The notes beneath the pieces were generated by a model, which saw nothing but the letters and a program-made list of their open reading frames with translations, did not search any database and was not told the origin of the DNA. Below are positions 28,456 to 37,763 of a DNA stretch of 61,355 bases, piece after piece. This DNA is from Chlorobiota bacterium (lineage in GTDB: Bacteria > Bacteroidota > Ignavibacteria > Kapaibacteriales > UBA2268): positions 1 through 61,355 of the forward strand of contig JBDHXE010000001.1 in NCBI GenBank assembly GCA_039810525.1, given 5' to 3'. Positions within the stretch are counted from its first letter, which is position 1, and each line of letters opens with the position of its first letter. Made by a program: the position numbers and the translations under genes.

Positions 28456-29781
28456 TTAACTTCTGGGTAACAGGTTGATGTCAGTTTTCCATTTGATGAA
28501 GTAACTCATAGAAAGCAGCCCTAAAATCTTAAGGAGTGACATTGAGATAGCAGCACCTGTAATTCCGTATAAATTTATTAAGATTATATTTAATATGATA
28601 TTTAAAATTATTTCTACTAACATATTTAAGAATTGAATTTCAGGCTTACCTGTCATAGTTAAAAAACCACCCATAAAATTATAAGTACCTAAAAAACTAA
28701 CCCCAATTAAAATTATATAATATATATGAATATTTTCTGCATAATCTTTATTATTCATTATAAAAAATACAATTATTGGAAAAACAATTGCAGATAAAAT
28801 AACTACGGGTATCATTATCTTTTTAAGAATTGATTTTATATAATTGACCTTTTGCTGTAATTCATCTTTTTTACCTTCATACCACAATTTTGATATTATT
28901 GGATTAAAATTAGTAGCTACTGCTGATGGTATCATTAGTATTCCATTGCAAATTGTCGAAGCAAAGGAATAAATACCAACATTATAATTATTCAAAAAGA
29001 AACTTATTAGAAAGATATCAATCTTACCATTTGTCTCGCTTATTATTGATACTAATAAAGTCTTGCCACCAAAATATAAATGCTTTATTACCCATTCTTT
29101 ACTTAAAAATAAAGTAAATTTGAAAAATTGTCTAATTATAAATAGAATAACAAAGAATAATATAATCTCTGACAATAAAAAAGATTGAACTATTGTATTT
29201 ATATCTTGATTAGTAAATGTAAAAATGAACACTATTGATAGAAGTAATAACCAACGAGCAGATTGAAGAATAGAATAAAGTTTCATCTCACGAATAGCAT
29301 TAATATAGCTTATATTCAACCTATTACTTACCATAAACGGCAAAACAAATACTATTCTTACAAAAGCTTGATTAACTTCCTTATTAAAAAAAATATCTTC
29401 TTTAATATTCCCAAGTATATATAAGATGACGCTTAAAAATAATGATATTGAAAACGTTAATATTATTGCTGATGATTGAATATCTGATTGTAATTTCAAA
29501 TCATCTGTATGCTGAGCTACAAAATGAACATTTGAAGAGACTATGCCAAACGTGCCTACTACTGAAAACAACTGGGTGAGGGCAAAACACTGATTGAATA
29601 TTCCTAAATCTGCAGGTGTATAATAGAAACCTAAAATTAAATTTATAACGAAACCAGCTAAACCTAATATTAAATAACTGATAAACACATAGGATACTCC
29701 TTGTGCAAATTTATTTTTCAGTAAGGATGTTATTTTAGGATAATAATTATAATATTTCTTAAAAATGCTTTTTACTAACAT
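28456..29781 (-). CDS. polysaccharide biosynthesis protein / Wzx-like flippase (MOP superfamily)
   Basis: 441 aa with about 12 predicted TM helices, the typical size, and a glycan-locus context. No sharp motif supports it. Confidence 0.6.
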   Translation of the reverse strand: MLVKSIFKKYYNYYPKITSLLKNKFAQGVSYVFISYLILGLAGFVINLILGFYYTPADLGIFNQCFALTQLFSVVGTFGIVSSNVHFVAQHTDDLKLQSDIQSSAIILTFSISLFLSVILYILGNIKEDIFFNKEVNQAFVRIVFVLPFMVSNRLNISYINAIREMKLYSILQSARWLLLLSIVFIFTFTNQDINTIVQSFLLSEIILFFVILFIIRQFFKFTLFLSKEWVIKHLYFGGKTLLVSIISETNGKIDIFLISFFLNNYNVGIYSFASTICNGILMIPSAVATNFNPIISKLWYEGKKDELQQKVNYIKSILKKIMIPVVILSAIVFPIIVFFIMNNKDYAENIHIYYIILIGVSFLGTYNFMGGFLTMTGKPEIQFLNMLVEIILNIILNIILINLYGITGAAISMSLLKILGLLSMSYFIKWKTDINLLPRS

Positions 29782-29791
29782 ATAATTTTTA

Positions 29792-29884
29792 TCATATTAT
29801 TTTTCCTCTAAAAAACTCTACAGCCCTTTCTAAACCCTCTTTAAATGATACTTGTGGAGTGAAGTTTAGGATATTTATTTTCAT
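29792..29884 (-). pseudogene. 3'-terminal remnant of an NAD-dependent epimerase/dehydratase gene
   Basis: Hand translation: MKINILNFTPQVSFKEGLERAVEFFRGKII. Nearly the same peptide as the tail of the next remnant. Confidence 0.5.
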
Positions 29885-29950
29885 TTTTTATGATTATAAC
29901 CCTAAATACTTCAATATTTTATAATCTTCTTATGGGTATAAGCATTAAAC

Positions 29951-30118
29951 TTACCTCCTAAAAACCTCTACCGTCTTTTCTAAACCCTCTTTAAATGGTA
30001 CTTGTGGAGTGAAGTTTAATATATTTCTAGCTTTTTCTATGCTGGCAAGTGAGTGCTTAACAAAATAGCCTATAAATCCCGCCCCACCTGTTACAAGTAT
30101 AGTTGAGTTAGTTAGCAT
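29951..30118 (-). pseudogene. epimerase/dehydratase gene with a massive internal deletion (Rossmann N-terminus fused to the C-terminal tail)
   Basis: Hand translation: MLTNSTILVTGGAGFIGYFVKHSLASIEKARNILNFTPQVPFKEGLEKTVEVFRR (55 aa). The GGAGFIG motif is followed directly by a typical C-terminal ...LGFxP...EGL tail. Confidence 0.55.
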
Positions 30119-30129
30119 AGGTGTTGTTA

Positions 30130-31061
30130 TTAGTTGTATAATTCTTTATAATCATTAATATATTTTATTTCAAAACCAACATTCTCTAAAAAGAAATGTT
30201 TTCCTATAATTTGCTTATTACCTTCTTTTGGCTTGCAACAAATATAAATACCTAATTTAATTCTTGAATCTAAATATTTGATATATTTATACTTAGTTAG
30301 AAGTAACCATCTTAAAAAAGTTTCATTTTCTGCAAGTCCAATACCAAATATAATTAATTTCTTGTTGAAGAAAATATTAAGCCAAGTACTCAAAGGATCC
30401 CACTTTAAATTTAAGCTATCACTCTTAAAAAAACCTTCACTTTTTTTACCCAAGGCACCCCTTACACGAGAAACTGCATTTAAATAATGTTCTAAACCTA
30501 ATCTTATACTACGTTTATACTTTGTACTGCCGTGAATATGCCAAATCCCAAAACCATCTAATGGATTTTTTAACTCATTCTCTGCATAATAGGTAGACAT
30601 GGATAACGGTCAATAAACACCTGTTTACCTAATTTGAATTGTTTTAACTCATTTGTTTTTTCTAATAAATGATCAAAATTTGTTGTAAGAATAGGAATAT
30701 TATTCTCTTTTGCGAGATTGACAATATTTTTATGATGCTCACGTACTTGCCAGCTATTTAATTTATTCTCTAACTCAGTTAAGAATTTCTTTTCGGTTGA
30801 TAACTCTTTTGAATTGTTAAGCTCATTTCTCAACTTTATAATTTCGTAAAATTCCGGTAAGGATATTCCAATTGGTACCTTAGTTTCCTCTTCTTTTGTA
30901 TTTTTTGATATCTTATTTTCTGAAATTTGATTCCAAAATTCAATTAGGATATTATCCCAAGTAATAGATTTATCTGCATTGTTATGCCTATTAATGCCAT
31001 TCCCAATTAAAAAAGCATAATCTGAACTATTATTTCCAATTATTTCTTTTAGGATTTTCAT
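30130..31061 (-). pseudogene. SIR2-like (SIR2_2-type) protein split by a frameshift at about 30570-30600
   Basis: ORF 30570..31061 carries AFLIGNGINR and ILTTNFDHLLEK. ORF 30130..30600 carries GIWHIHGS and LIIFGIGLAENETFLRWLL. Together these give the SIR2_2 motif order (GAG.S, TTNYD.LLE, HLHG, GYS..D). The two frames overlap by 31 nt. Confidence 0.6.
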
Positions 31062-31064
31062 AAA

Positions 31065-32204
31065 TTACCTTTTATTTAGTACCTCTTCATAAACTCTAAT
31101 TTCTTGTTTAATAATATTTTCCCAAGTTAATTCTTCTGCTCTCATCAATATAATACTCTTATCGATCGGATTTTCTAATGCGTAAATAACCTTTTGAGCA
31201 AAACGTTCTTCAAAATCTGGTTCAGATTGACTTATAACATATCCAGCATTGGCGACTGCTTCAGGAGTACCATCTGCGTCGCTTGTAACTGCTTGCAAAC
31301 CACAAGCTAATGCTTCAGGGATTACAGTAGGAAAGCCTTCATTAATAGAGGGCAAAATGAAAACATCCATTTTATTCATATATTTTGCAATTTCTTCTTG
31401 TGGAATGCTACCCGTAAACTCAACAGAATCTAATAAATTTAGATTATTAAATTCATTGTATATTGTTGATTTTAACGGTCCGTCTCCAATTATTAATAAT
31501 TTTGTATTGGGAATCTTATTTTTAATTTTTGCAAATATTGCGGGAAGTTTATCAGCTCTTTTATTTTTATTTAATGTTGCACAAAAACCAATTATAAGAG
31601 AATTTTTAACTTCATTGTCATTAGAATGATAAAATATTTTACGACTATATCCATTTGCAATATTTATTGAATTATTATTTTTATATCCATATTTAATTGC
31701 CGTATTTAATAAAGATTTAGATACAAAAATAGATTTACTTGCGTTTTCTAATGTTATTATAGAGTTAGATAATAATGTTTTATTATTTTTCTTCATATTC
31801 CTTATATCAAACCCATGAGAAGTATGCACATAAGGAATTCCTATACTCTTATTTACTTCATAAGCATAAATACTGTCTCGTATAAAATGTGAGTGTATTA
31901 AATCTATTTTTTTTTCTTTAATAATTCTAATAAGTGAATTAATATTTGATTTAAAGAGTAAGTTAAAATAATTGTACGGATTTTCTATTTTTAACAAAGT
32001 TCTTACTTCTTGATTAACATTATATCCAAAGTCCAAAAAATTATAATATTTTTCATATTTTAAAATATTAAAGATATGCTCAGTTGTAACAACATATAAA
32101 TTTATACCTTGATTTTTTAACTCTTCTATTCGTCTAAGTATGAAAACTCCTCTTCTTGGTGAAGAAGGCTTTGGCATTGTATATGTAAAATATAATATAT
32201 TCAT
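31065..32204 (-). CDS. family 4 (GT-B, group 1) glycosyltransferase
   Basis: EX7E region PSINEGFPTVIPEALACGLQAVTSD, and 379 aa in length. Confidence 0.8.
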   Translation of the reverse strand: MNILYFTYTMPKPSSPRRGVFILRRIEELKNQGINLYVVTTEHIFNILKYEKYYNFLDFGYNVNQEVRTLLKIENPYNYFNLLFKSNINSLIRIIKEKKIDLIHSHFIRDSIYAYEVNKSIGIPYVHTSHGFDIRNMKKNNKTLLSNSIITLENASKSIFVSKSLLNTAIKYGYKNNNSINIANGYSRKIFYHSNDNEVKNSLIIGFCATLNKNKRADKLPAIFAKIKNKIPNTKLLIIGDGPLKSTIYNEFNNLNLLDSVEFTGSIPQEEIAKYMNKMDVFILPSINEGFPTVIPEALACGLQAVTSDADGTPEAVANAGYVISQSEPDFEERFAQKVIYALENPIDKSIILMRAEELTWENIIKQEIRVYEEVLNKR

Positions 32205-32220
32205 ATCAAATATTCAATCT

Positions 32221-34866
32221 TTACTCCTCATACTTTATCTTATATATATATAATTCTTTATTTTTTAACTCTATTTTTTTATCTAATTCTAACCATTCGG
32301 GTGAAGATTGAAGAAATTCATAAAATTCTAAGTTTTTATTATTTATATTTTCAGCCTTTTGATTAGTAGTATATATAAAAGCAATATAATCTGTATTGTA
32401 CTGTGCCATTAGATCTGGCCTACTTAATCCATTATGGAAGTAAAAATTAGGTATATAATTCAATTGTGTCTCTAATTGAGACTTAGGTACCCATTCCTTG
32501 AGCATATTAAATCCACTTATTTGCCAAGGTGCCAAGCCTTGGTTAATATCCTTATTATAAAATTGAATTAAACGACTATCTCCATTAAACCAATAGGTTT
32601 TGTTTTTGTCGAAGTATTTAGCGATTTCTTTATATTCATTATTTTGACCAAATGTTTGGGATAGAATCATTTGTCCACCTGTAATACTCGCCATAATAGA
32701 AGAGCCAAACGTAAAGAAAGAAAATAGCAATACAAACGCTATTGATGTCCTCTTTGCCCATAATTTATTATGCTTATAGGCAAAATAGCTTATAAGTAAT
32801 AATAAAGAATAAAAGAAAATATGTGCTACTAATTTTACTATCGGCATTGTTATTTCGTAGTATAGTGTGGCTGCTGTTATTGGTATAGTTATTAGTACTG
32901 GAATTAAAATCCGCTTATAATTATCCAAATTATTCAGTAAGAAATAAATTACAAATAGAGAAAATATCGGCACAAGATGTAACAAATATCTTGCGTGACT
33001 CGGTCTTATCAAATATACTGCTAAATACATAAACAAATATATACTTATAAATAATATATCGGGACGTTTAAAGTTTTTTCTTAGCAAAGCTATACAAGCA
33101 ATTAGTGAGATAATAATCAGATATAATGGAAATGACATATACGAAAATGTTCTTGGAGATAGCATTTTCTGCCCATAAACAATGAATATATTTAAAATAG
33201 ATATACTATATTCCTCTATTATATCAACTATTGTAATTCTTGAAGATGCGGTAGAGTCGCTACTAATTTTATGCCGAGCAAATTTTTCTTCTTTTAAGTT
33301 ATCAACATCATCACCTTCTTTATAACCACCAATTTTTTGGCTTGAAATTTCAACTTTTGACGAATTGGCCTTTTTAATTTTTTGTTGACTAATTTTGGTT
33401 TTTGCCTCAGGCATGCTTTCCTTATTTAACTTTGCTAATTTACTATTATTCTGTGAAGTCGGTTTAGATTTTGACTTGCTTGTCGTATCGGGTTTAACTT
33501 CCTTCTTTACAACAATTAATTTACTACTATCTTGTAATGATCGATTGGATTTAACCTTCGTTGTTGTGTCGGATTTAACTTCCTCCTTTATAACTATTGA
33601 TTTACTACTATCATGTGATGATTGATTTGATTTTGCTTTGCTTGTTGTATCTGGTTTAACTTCTTTATTTACTAATGATATATTGCTACTATCTTGCTGT
33701 TTTTTTGTATTTAATGAATCAATAATTTTTTGTTCACTTTTTACTATAGCTTTTTCTTTATCAATTTTATTCTCTTTTTTAGTAATTTCCCTTTTGCTTA
33801 TAGGTAATTTATTAGATACTAATTTTTCTTTTATTTGAGTTTTTTTGGTTGTGGCAATATTCTTATTAGCTAAAACCTGTGTTTTAACATTATTGCTTTT
33901 CTTAATTTCAGTTGTTTTAATTTTTCTTTTGGGTAGAGCCTCTCTCAGAGCAAGGCTCTTTTTAACGGGTTCTAAGTTTTGCACATATTTTTGTCTTTTA
34001 ATTTGTTCAGTTTTTAAACTATCTACATTAATTTTCTCATCCTCAGTCTCAATAGTACTAATTACTCTTGATGTATCTGTACCAAACGATAATTTCTGTT
34101 TATCAAGATTAACTTTTGCTACATTACTTTCAGTTGCAGTAAGTTTTAAAAATGCTGACATAAAACTATTTACAGGTACAATTGGAGTAAAAAACATTAA
34201 ATATAGAAAAAATATTGCTGGTGCAAAGAGAAGTACGCTTTTATATCCAATATTCCAAATAGTTTTGAGGGAAAATTTATTTTTTTGATATTCTACTAAT
34301 GGTAACCAGATCAAGAGAACGGGAGTTAAAATTACAGCTATATACTCTTTGGCATCTAAAACTAATACAAATAATAGCCCTAAAAGCCAAAAGGGTTTCT
34401 CTTTTATAAGTGCATATATGAATAACAATAATGCAAACATTACTGGTATATCACGCAAATACTTAGGGACTACACTCACAAAATAAAATGAAAACACAGT
34501 TAGTATAACAGCAAGCATAGAATATAAATCATTTTTTAGAAAATGATTGAAAACCTTATGCATTAAATAAGCTGAGAGTGAAGCCAAAACAACATTGAAA
34601 AATGTAGCTATCCAAATACTTGGACCTGTTATAAGATAGAATAAAGCAACAGGAATTTTCAATAAAAAGCCATGCTCACCTACGCTCTCATTACCGAACC
34701 ATTTACCCATTTTGATAAATTCAGAAATTATCATAGTATCTTTTAGATATACTACTTCATCTTGCGTTGCCCAGCGGAAAAATGATAATACTAAACCTAC
34801 CATAAAAATTAATATAGCGGGAATATATGGATAATATTTTTCTAAGTTATTATATGATATTTTCAA
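32221..34866 (-). CDS. GT-C-like (ArnT/PMT_2-like) membrane protein with a ~300-aa low-complexity insert
   Basis: The N-terminal multi-TM block has a WATQDEVVYLKD loop motif. The C-terminal multi-TM block carries SHARYLLHLVPIFSL plus a soluble tail. The centre (about residues 255-545) is K/S/T/E-rich and lacks TM helices. Confidence 0.5.
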   Translation of the reverse strand: MKISYNNLEKYYPYIPAILIFMVGLVLSFFRWATQDEVVYLKDTMIISEFIKMGKWFGNESVGEHGFLLKIPVALFYLITGPSIWIATFFNVVLASLSAYLMHKVFNHFLKNDLYSMLAVILTVFSFYFVSVVPKYLRDIPVMFALLLFIYALIKEKPFWLLGLLFVLVLDAKEYIAVILTPVLLIWLPLVEYQKNKFSLKTIWNIGYKSVLLFAPAIFFLYLMFFTPIVPVNSFMSAFLKLTATESNVAKVNLDKQKLSFGTDTSRVISTIETEDEKINVDSLKTEQIKRQKYVQNLEPVKKSLALREALPKRKIKTTEIKKSNNVKTQVLANKNIATTKKTQIKEKLVSNKLPISKREITKKENKIDKEKAIVKSEQKIIDSLNTKKQQDSSNISLVNKEVKPDTTSKAKSNQSSHDSSKSIVIKEEVKSDTTTKVKSNRSLQDSSKLIVVKKEVKPDTTSKSKSKPTSQNNSKLAKLNKESMPEAKTKISQQKIKKANSSKVEISSQKIGGYKEGDDVDNLKEEKFARHKISSDSTASSRITIVDIIEEYSISILNIFIVYGQKMLSPRTFSYMSFPLYLIIISLIACIALLRKNFKRPDILFISIYLFMYLAVYLIRPSHARYLLHLVPIFSLFVIYFLLNNLDNYKRILIPVLITIPITAATLYYEITMPIVKLVAHIFFYSLLLLISYFAYKHNKLWAKRTSIAFVLLFSFFTFGSSIMASITGGQMILSQTFGQNNEYKEIAKYFDKNKTYWFNGDSRLIQFYNKDINQGLAPWQISGFNMLKEWVPKSQLETQLNYIPNFYFHNGLSRPDLMAQYNTDYIAFIYTTNQKAENINNKNLEFYEFLQSSPEWLELDKKIELKNKELYIYKIKYEE
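33439..33681 (-). repeat. three imperfect 81-bp tandem repeats encoding 27-aa units
   Basis: Units start at 33439, 33520 and 33601. Peptides are KEVKPDTTSKAKSNQSSHDSSKSIVI, KEEVKSDTTTKVKSNRSLQDSSKLIVV and KKEVKPDTTSKSKSKPTSQNNSKLAKL. Confidence 0.8.
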
Positions 34867-34917
34867 TACTCTTTTTCACTCACTATTTTTTCAATTTCCT
34901 TCATTATAAACAAGAAT

Positions 34918-35127
34918 TTATTTATTTTTCACTACGTTCCATTCTACAATCCTATTCATTGCAATTTGCTTAAATTCATCACTTACTACCGAGAAATCGA
35001 CCAAATCAGAATCACTTCTATATTCGCTATCTACTCTTGAGTCAAATAAAAACACAGTTACTCTTTCCTTATCTATCAAGCTCAATACTATTTCTTTAGC
35101 TATATTTAGGTGTTTATCTTGTAGCAT
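34918..35127 (-). CDS. small ORF resembling a degenerate minimal nucleotidyltransferase fragment
   Basis: VTVFLFDSRVDSEYRSDSDLVDFSVV resembles the MNT motif LFGSRARG..SD.DL, but the Gly is replaced. Only 69 aa, so it may be a remnant or not expressed. Confidence 0.3.
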   Translation of the reverse strand: MLQDKHLNIAKEIVLSLIDKERVTVFLFDSRVDSEYRSDSDLVDFSVVSDEFKQIAMNRIVEWNVVKNK

Positions 35128-36130
35128 AGTTGTTAATTAAATTAAGCATCCAGTTGGTGACATCAGTTTTATCACTTAATAATCGCTTAGTTCTTTTTCG
35201 AGCTTCGTTCTTTATTTCATTTAAATTGATAGAATGGATATGGTTAATTATTTTATCTATTTTTATACTTTGATATATTAATTTATATTTATCTCTTTCC
35301 TCATTCGTATAGCCCATTTCAAGAGGATTTATATATATGGAATACGTACCTAGGCATGCAGCTTCACTCGCCATAGTTCCTCCTTCTCCAACATACATTG
35401 TTGCATAATACAACAAATCATGCATTTTGGTAACGTCAATTTTCATTCTATATTCTTCAAACTCTGCAGGCAATTCCTTTTCAGATGAAATAATTATTTT
35501 GCCGTGCGGTTTAAGAGTTTCAATTAATTTTCGTTTATCCTCTACACTTAAACCTTTCTGCCCTATATCATGGGTTGCTTGCCATGAAACAAATCGAACA
35601 ATGAAAAACTTATCTTGTTCAGTCAAACTAATCTCTTTTAATACCTCGGGGTTTGGTGTAAAGCGGTTTGGGTGAAGATAAGCTAACTCGTGATAACCCA
35701 CATATCTTACTTGTTTCTGTCCCAAATCCTCAAGAAAACAATCTGGGGTAAAAATCTTTGTAGCAAAAGGCTTATAAAATATATAATTTTTAGCATGTTC
35801 TGTATCGTCAAACATAAAAGCTTTCTTTTTTGTCAACCACCCAGCAACACAATTAAAAAAAGATATCCCCAACAAAATATTAATTTTATACTTTTTAACA
35901 AAAACAACAATATCCATTATCTTATAAAAAGAAAAAATTATTTTTGCCAATAATCCTTTTGGATACTTATAGATTTTTAAATGTGGTATATTGTAGCTAT
36001 CTAGTAATTCTCTAACATATTGTTTCTGTGTTGCAATCACAAAAACATTATGTTTTACACTAAGTTCTTTTATTAAATACTTAAATAAATGAACTTGCGC
36101 AGGGTGATTTATATCAATTAAAATATTCAA
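35114..36130 (-). CDS. DUF354-like protein (GT-B/epimerase-like fold family seen in EPS loci)
   Basis: MNILIDINHPAQVHLFKYLIKEL..HNV.VIA matches my recollection of the DUF354 N-terminus. 338 aa. Confidence 0.5.
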   Translation of the reverse strand: MNILIDINHPAQVHLFKYLIKELSVKHNVFVIATQKQYVRELLDSYNIPHLKIYKYPKGLLAKIIFSFYKIMDIVVFVKKYKINILLGISFFNCVAGWLTKKKAFMFDDTEHAKNYIFYKPFATKIFTPDCFLEDLGQKQVRYVGYHELAYLHPNRFTPNPEVLKEISLTEQDKFFIVRFVSWQATHDIGQKGLSVEDKRKLIETLKPHGKIIISSEKELPAEFEEYRMKIDVTKMHDLLYYATMYVGEGGTMASEAACLGTYSIYINPLEMGYTNEERDKYKLIYQSIKIDKIINHIHSINLNEIKNEARKRTKRLLSDKTDVTNWMLNLINNYATR

Positions 36131-36135
36131 AATAA

Positions 36136-36642
36136 CTAACCCTCTAACTTTTTAATTACTTTAGCAGGAACACCAGCTACTAAATGTAAATCTGGGACAT
36201 CTTTATTTACTACTGCACCCGTAGCAATTACTGACATTTCTCCGATAGTAACCCCCGGTGTTATAATAACACCCGGCATTATCCATGCTCCTTTTTTTAT
36301 AGTAACGGGTTTAATCTCTCTCTTATACTTATCTCTTAGTATCATACTACCTCGCTGATGTGCAGAAATAATAGTCCTATCGCCAATTTCAACGTAATCT
36401 TCAATTATAATCTGTTCTGGATAAATTCTATCAAAAATCACATCATAACCTATATATACGTTTTTTCCAATTTTAATTCCTCTCCATCTATGGAATGAAG
36501 TTCTCCAAGTCGGTACCGGTGCCATCGAAGCACATCTTTCTAAAAACCAATTCTTCAAAAACCATAAATAAAAAAGATATTTATTAGCATGCCTATCTTT
36601 AACTACTTCATCAAACGCATATTTATCTCTCTCATCATACAT
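36136..36642 (-). CDS. hexapeptide-repeat acetyltransferase
   Basis: IGKNVYIGYDVIF...IGDRTIISAH...GAWIMPGVIITPGVTIGEMSVIATGAVVNKDVPDLHLVAGVPAKVI. Confidence 0.75.
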   Translation of the reverse strand: MYDERDKYAFDEVVKDRHANKYLFYLWFLKNWFLERCASMAPVPTWRTSFHRWRGIKIGKNVYIGYDVIFDRIYPEQIIIEDYVEIGDRTIISAHQRGSMILRDKYKREIKPVTIKKGAWIMPGVIITPGVTIGEMSVIATGAVVNKDVPDLHLVAGVPAKVIKKLEG

Positions 36643-37556
36643 CAGCTATACCTATTAATGTGATTAAAATAATTGAGGTAGCATTCTTTATTATGTTTTA
36701 ATAATTTAGATATGTTATTAGTCATTTTTTCCCCCTTTCCTATCCAATACAACGGTCTTTTTTTATTATTTTCCAAGGGGATTTTATCTTCTGTTAATTC
36801 AAGTGAATGAAAATAAAACATAGTATTTCCTTGTTTTAGATTTTGATTAATCACATATTGAAAAAAATTATAACCAAATAAGCGAAAAAAATAAGCGCCA
36901 GCCATTGGTAATCTATAACCCATTAAATTGTAATAAGCCCAAGGAAACTCAATAAGATTAGTATCTGGATTCCGATTACTTAAATCTTTAGAATTTAAAA
37001 TATACGGTTCTTGTGGTATATCATACAATTTAACATTTGTTTTATTATATAAGGAATTAAATGAAATTGACGAATCATACTTAAAATTTAGTTCTTCAAG
37101 AATTGGCACCATCCAATTTGCAAAATAAGCTCCCGGCGCTCGATAACCAATTATTTCACGCCCAAAATAATTTTCTAATATAGATTTTGCTTTAATAAGA
37201 TCTTTTTTCCATTTATCAATAGGTTGAATTAATACTTTCGTTTTTGTATCAAATGGCACTTCGTGATGTAAACTATGGCAGGCAATTTCATGGCTTGACT
37301 CTTTTAAAGCTTTCATAATTTTAGGATATCTTTCTACTTGGTCAGCTATTACAAAAAAGGTTGCAGCAATATTGTAGTATTTCAAAAGATCTAATAATTT
37401 TATTGTCGATTCTGTTATATAATCAAACTTTTCATTCCAATCTTTGAAAAAATCATCAATAGATTTATAAATTGAAAAAGAACTTCCCGTTATAGCTGGC
37501 GTATGATACCAATCATCTAAATCTATCGAAAGGAATATTTTGTTGTGTTTAGTCAT
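36642..37556 (-). CDS. polysaccharide deacetylase family protein (DUF3473-containing type)
   Basis: FLSIDLDDWYH...ATFFVIADQVERYPKIMKALKESSHEIACHSLHH, the NodB-like motif set. 304 aa. Confidence 0.7.
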   Translation of the reverse strand: MTKHNKIFLSIDLDDWYHTPAITGSSFSIYKSIDDFFKDWNEKFDYITESTIKLLDLLKYYNIAATFFVIADQVERYPKIMKALKESSHEIACHSLHHEVPFDTKTKVLIQPIDKWKKDLIKAKSILENYFGREIIGYRAPGAYFANWMVPILEELNFKYDSSISFNSLYNKTNVKLYDIPQEPYILNSKDLSNRNPDTNLIEFPWAYYNLMGYRLPMAGAYFFRLFGYNFFQYVINQNLKQGNTMFYFHSLELTEDKIPLENNKKRPLYWIGKGEKMTNNISKLLKHNKECYLNYFNHINRYS

Positions 37557-37571
37557 TATTCCTATATTTTC
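37506..37571. repeat. 66-bp direct repeat, copy 1 (spans the deacetylase start codon and first 17 codons plus 15 nt upstream)
   Basis: ataccaatcatctaaatctatcgaaaggaatattttgttGtgtttagtcattattcctatattttc. 65 of 66 nt are identical to 39992-40057. Confidence 0.9.
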
Positions 37572-37763
37572 GTGTGTTTTTTATTATTACTATTATTATT
37601 GTTAGTAGCACTAACAACTTCATTTTTATTTTTAAACATTATAAGTTTAGAAAATTTAAATTGTTATTTAACTTTCAATGATTTATTCAATTTATTCTCA
37701 CTTTATCAATACTTTCGAAAAAGGCTTGTTGAGATTTGGTAAGTTTAGCGTACATAATTAAAT

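Noticed and set aside
37545-37742. A 65-aa plus-strand ORF (MFSHYSYIFVCFLLLLLLLLVALTT...) lying in the intergenic region upstream of the deacetylase.
   Set aside because: It is a leucine-run, low-complexity translation of repeat-bearing noncoding DNA (it overlaps the 66-bp repeat and R2 copy A), it points against the operon, and it has no motifs.
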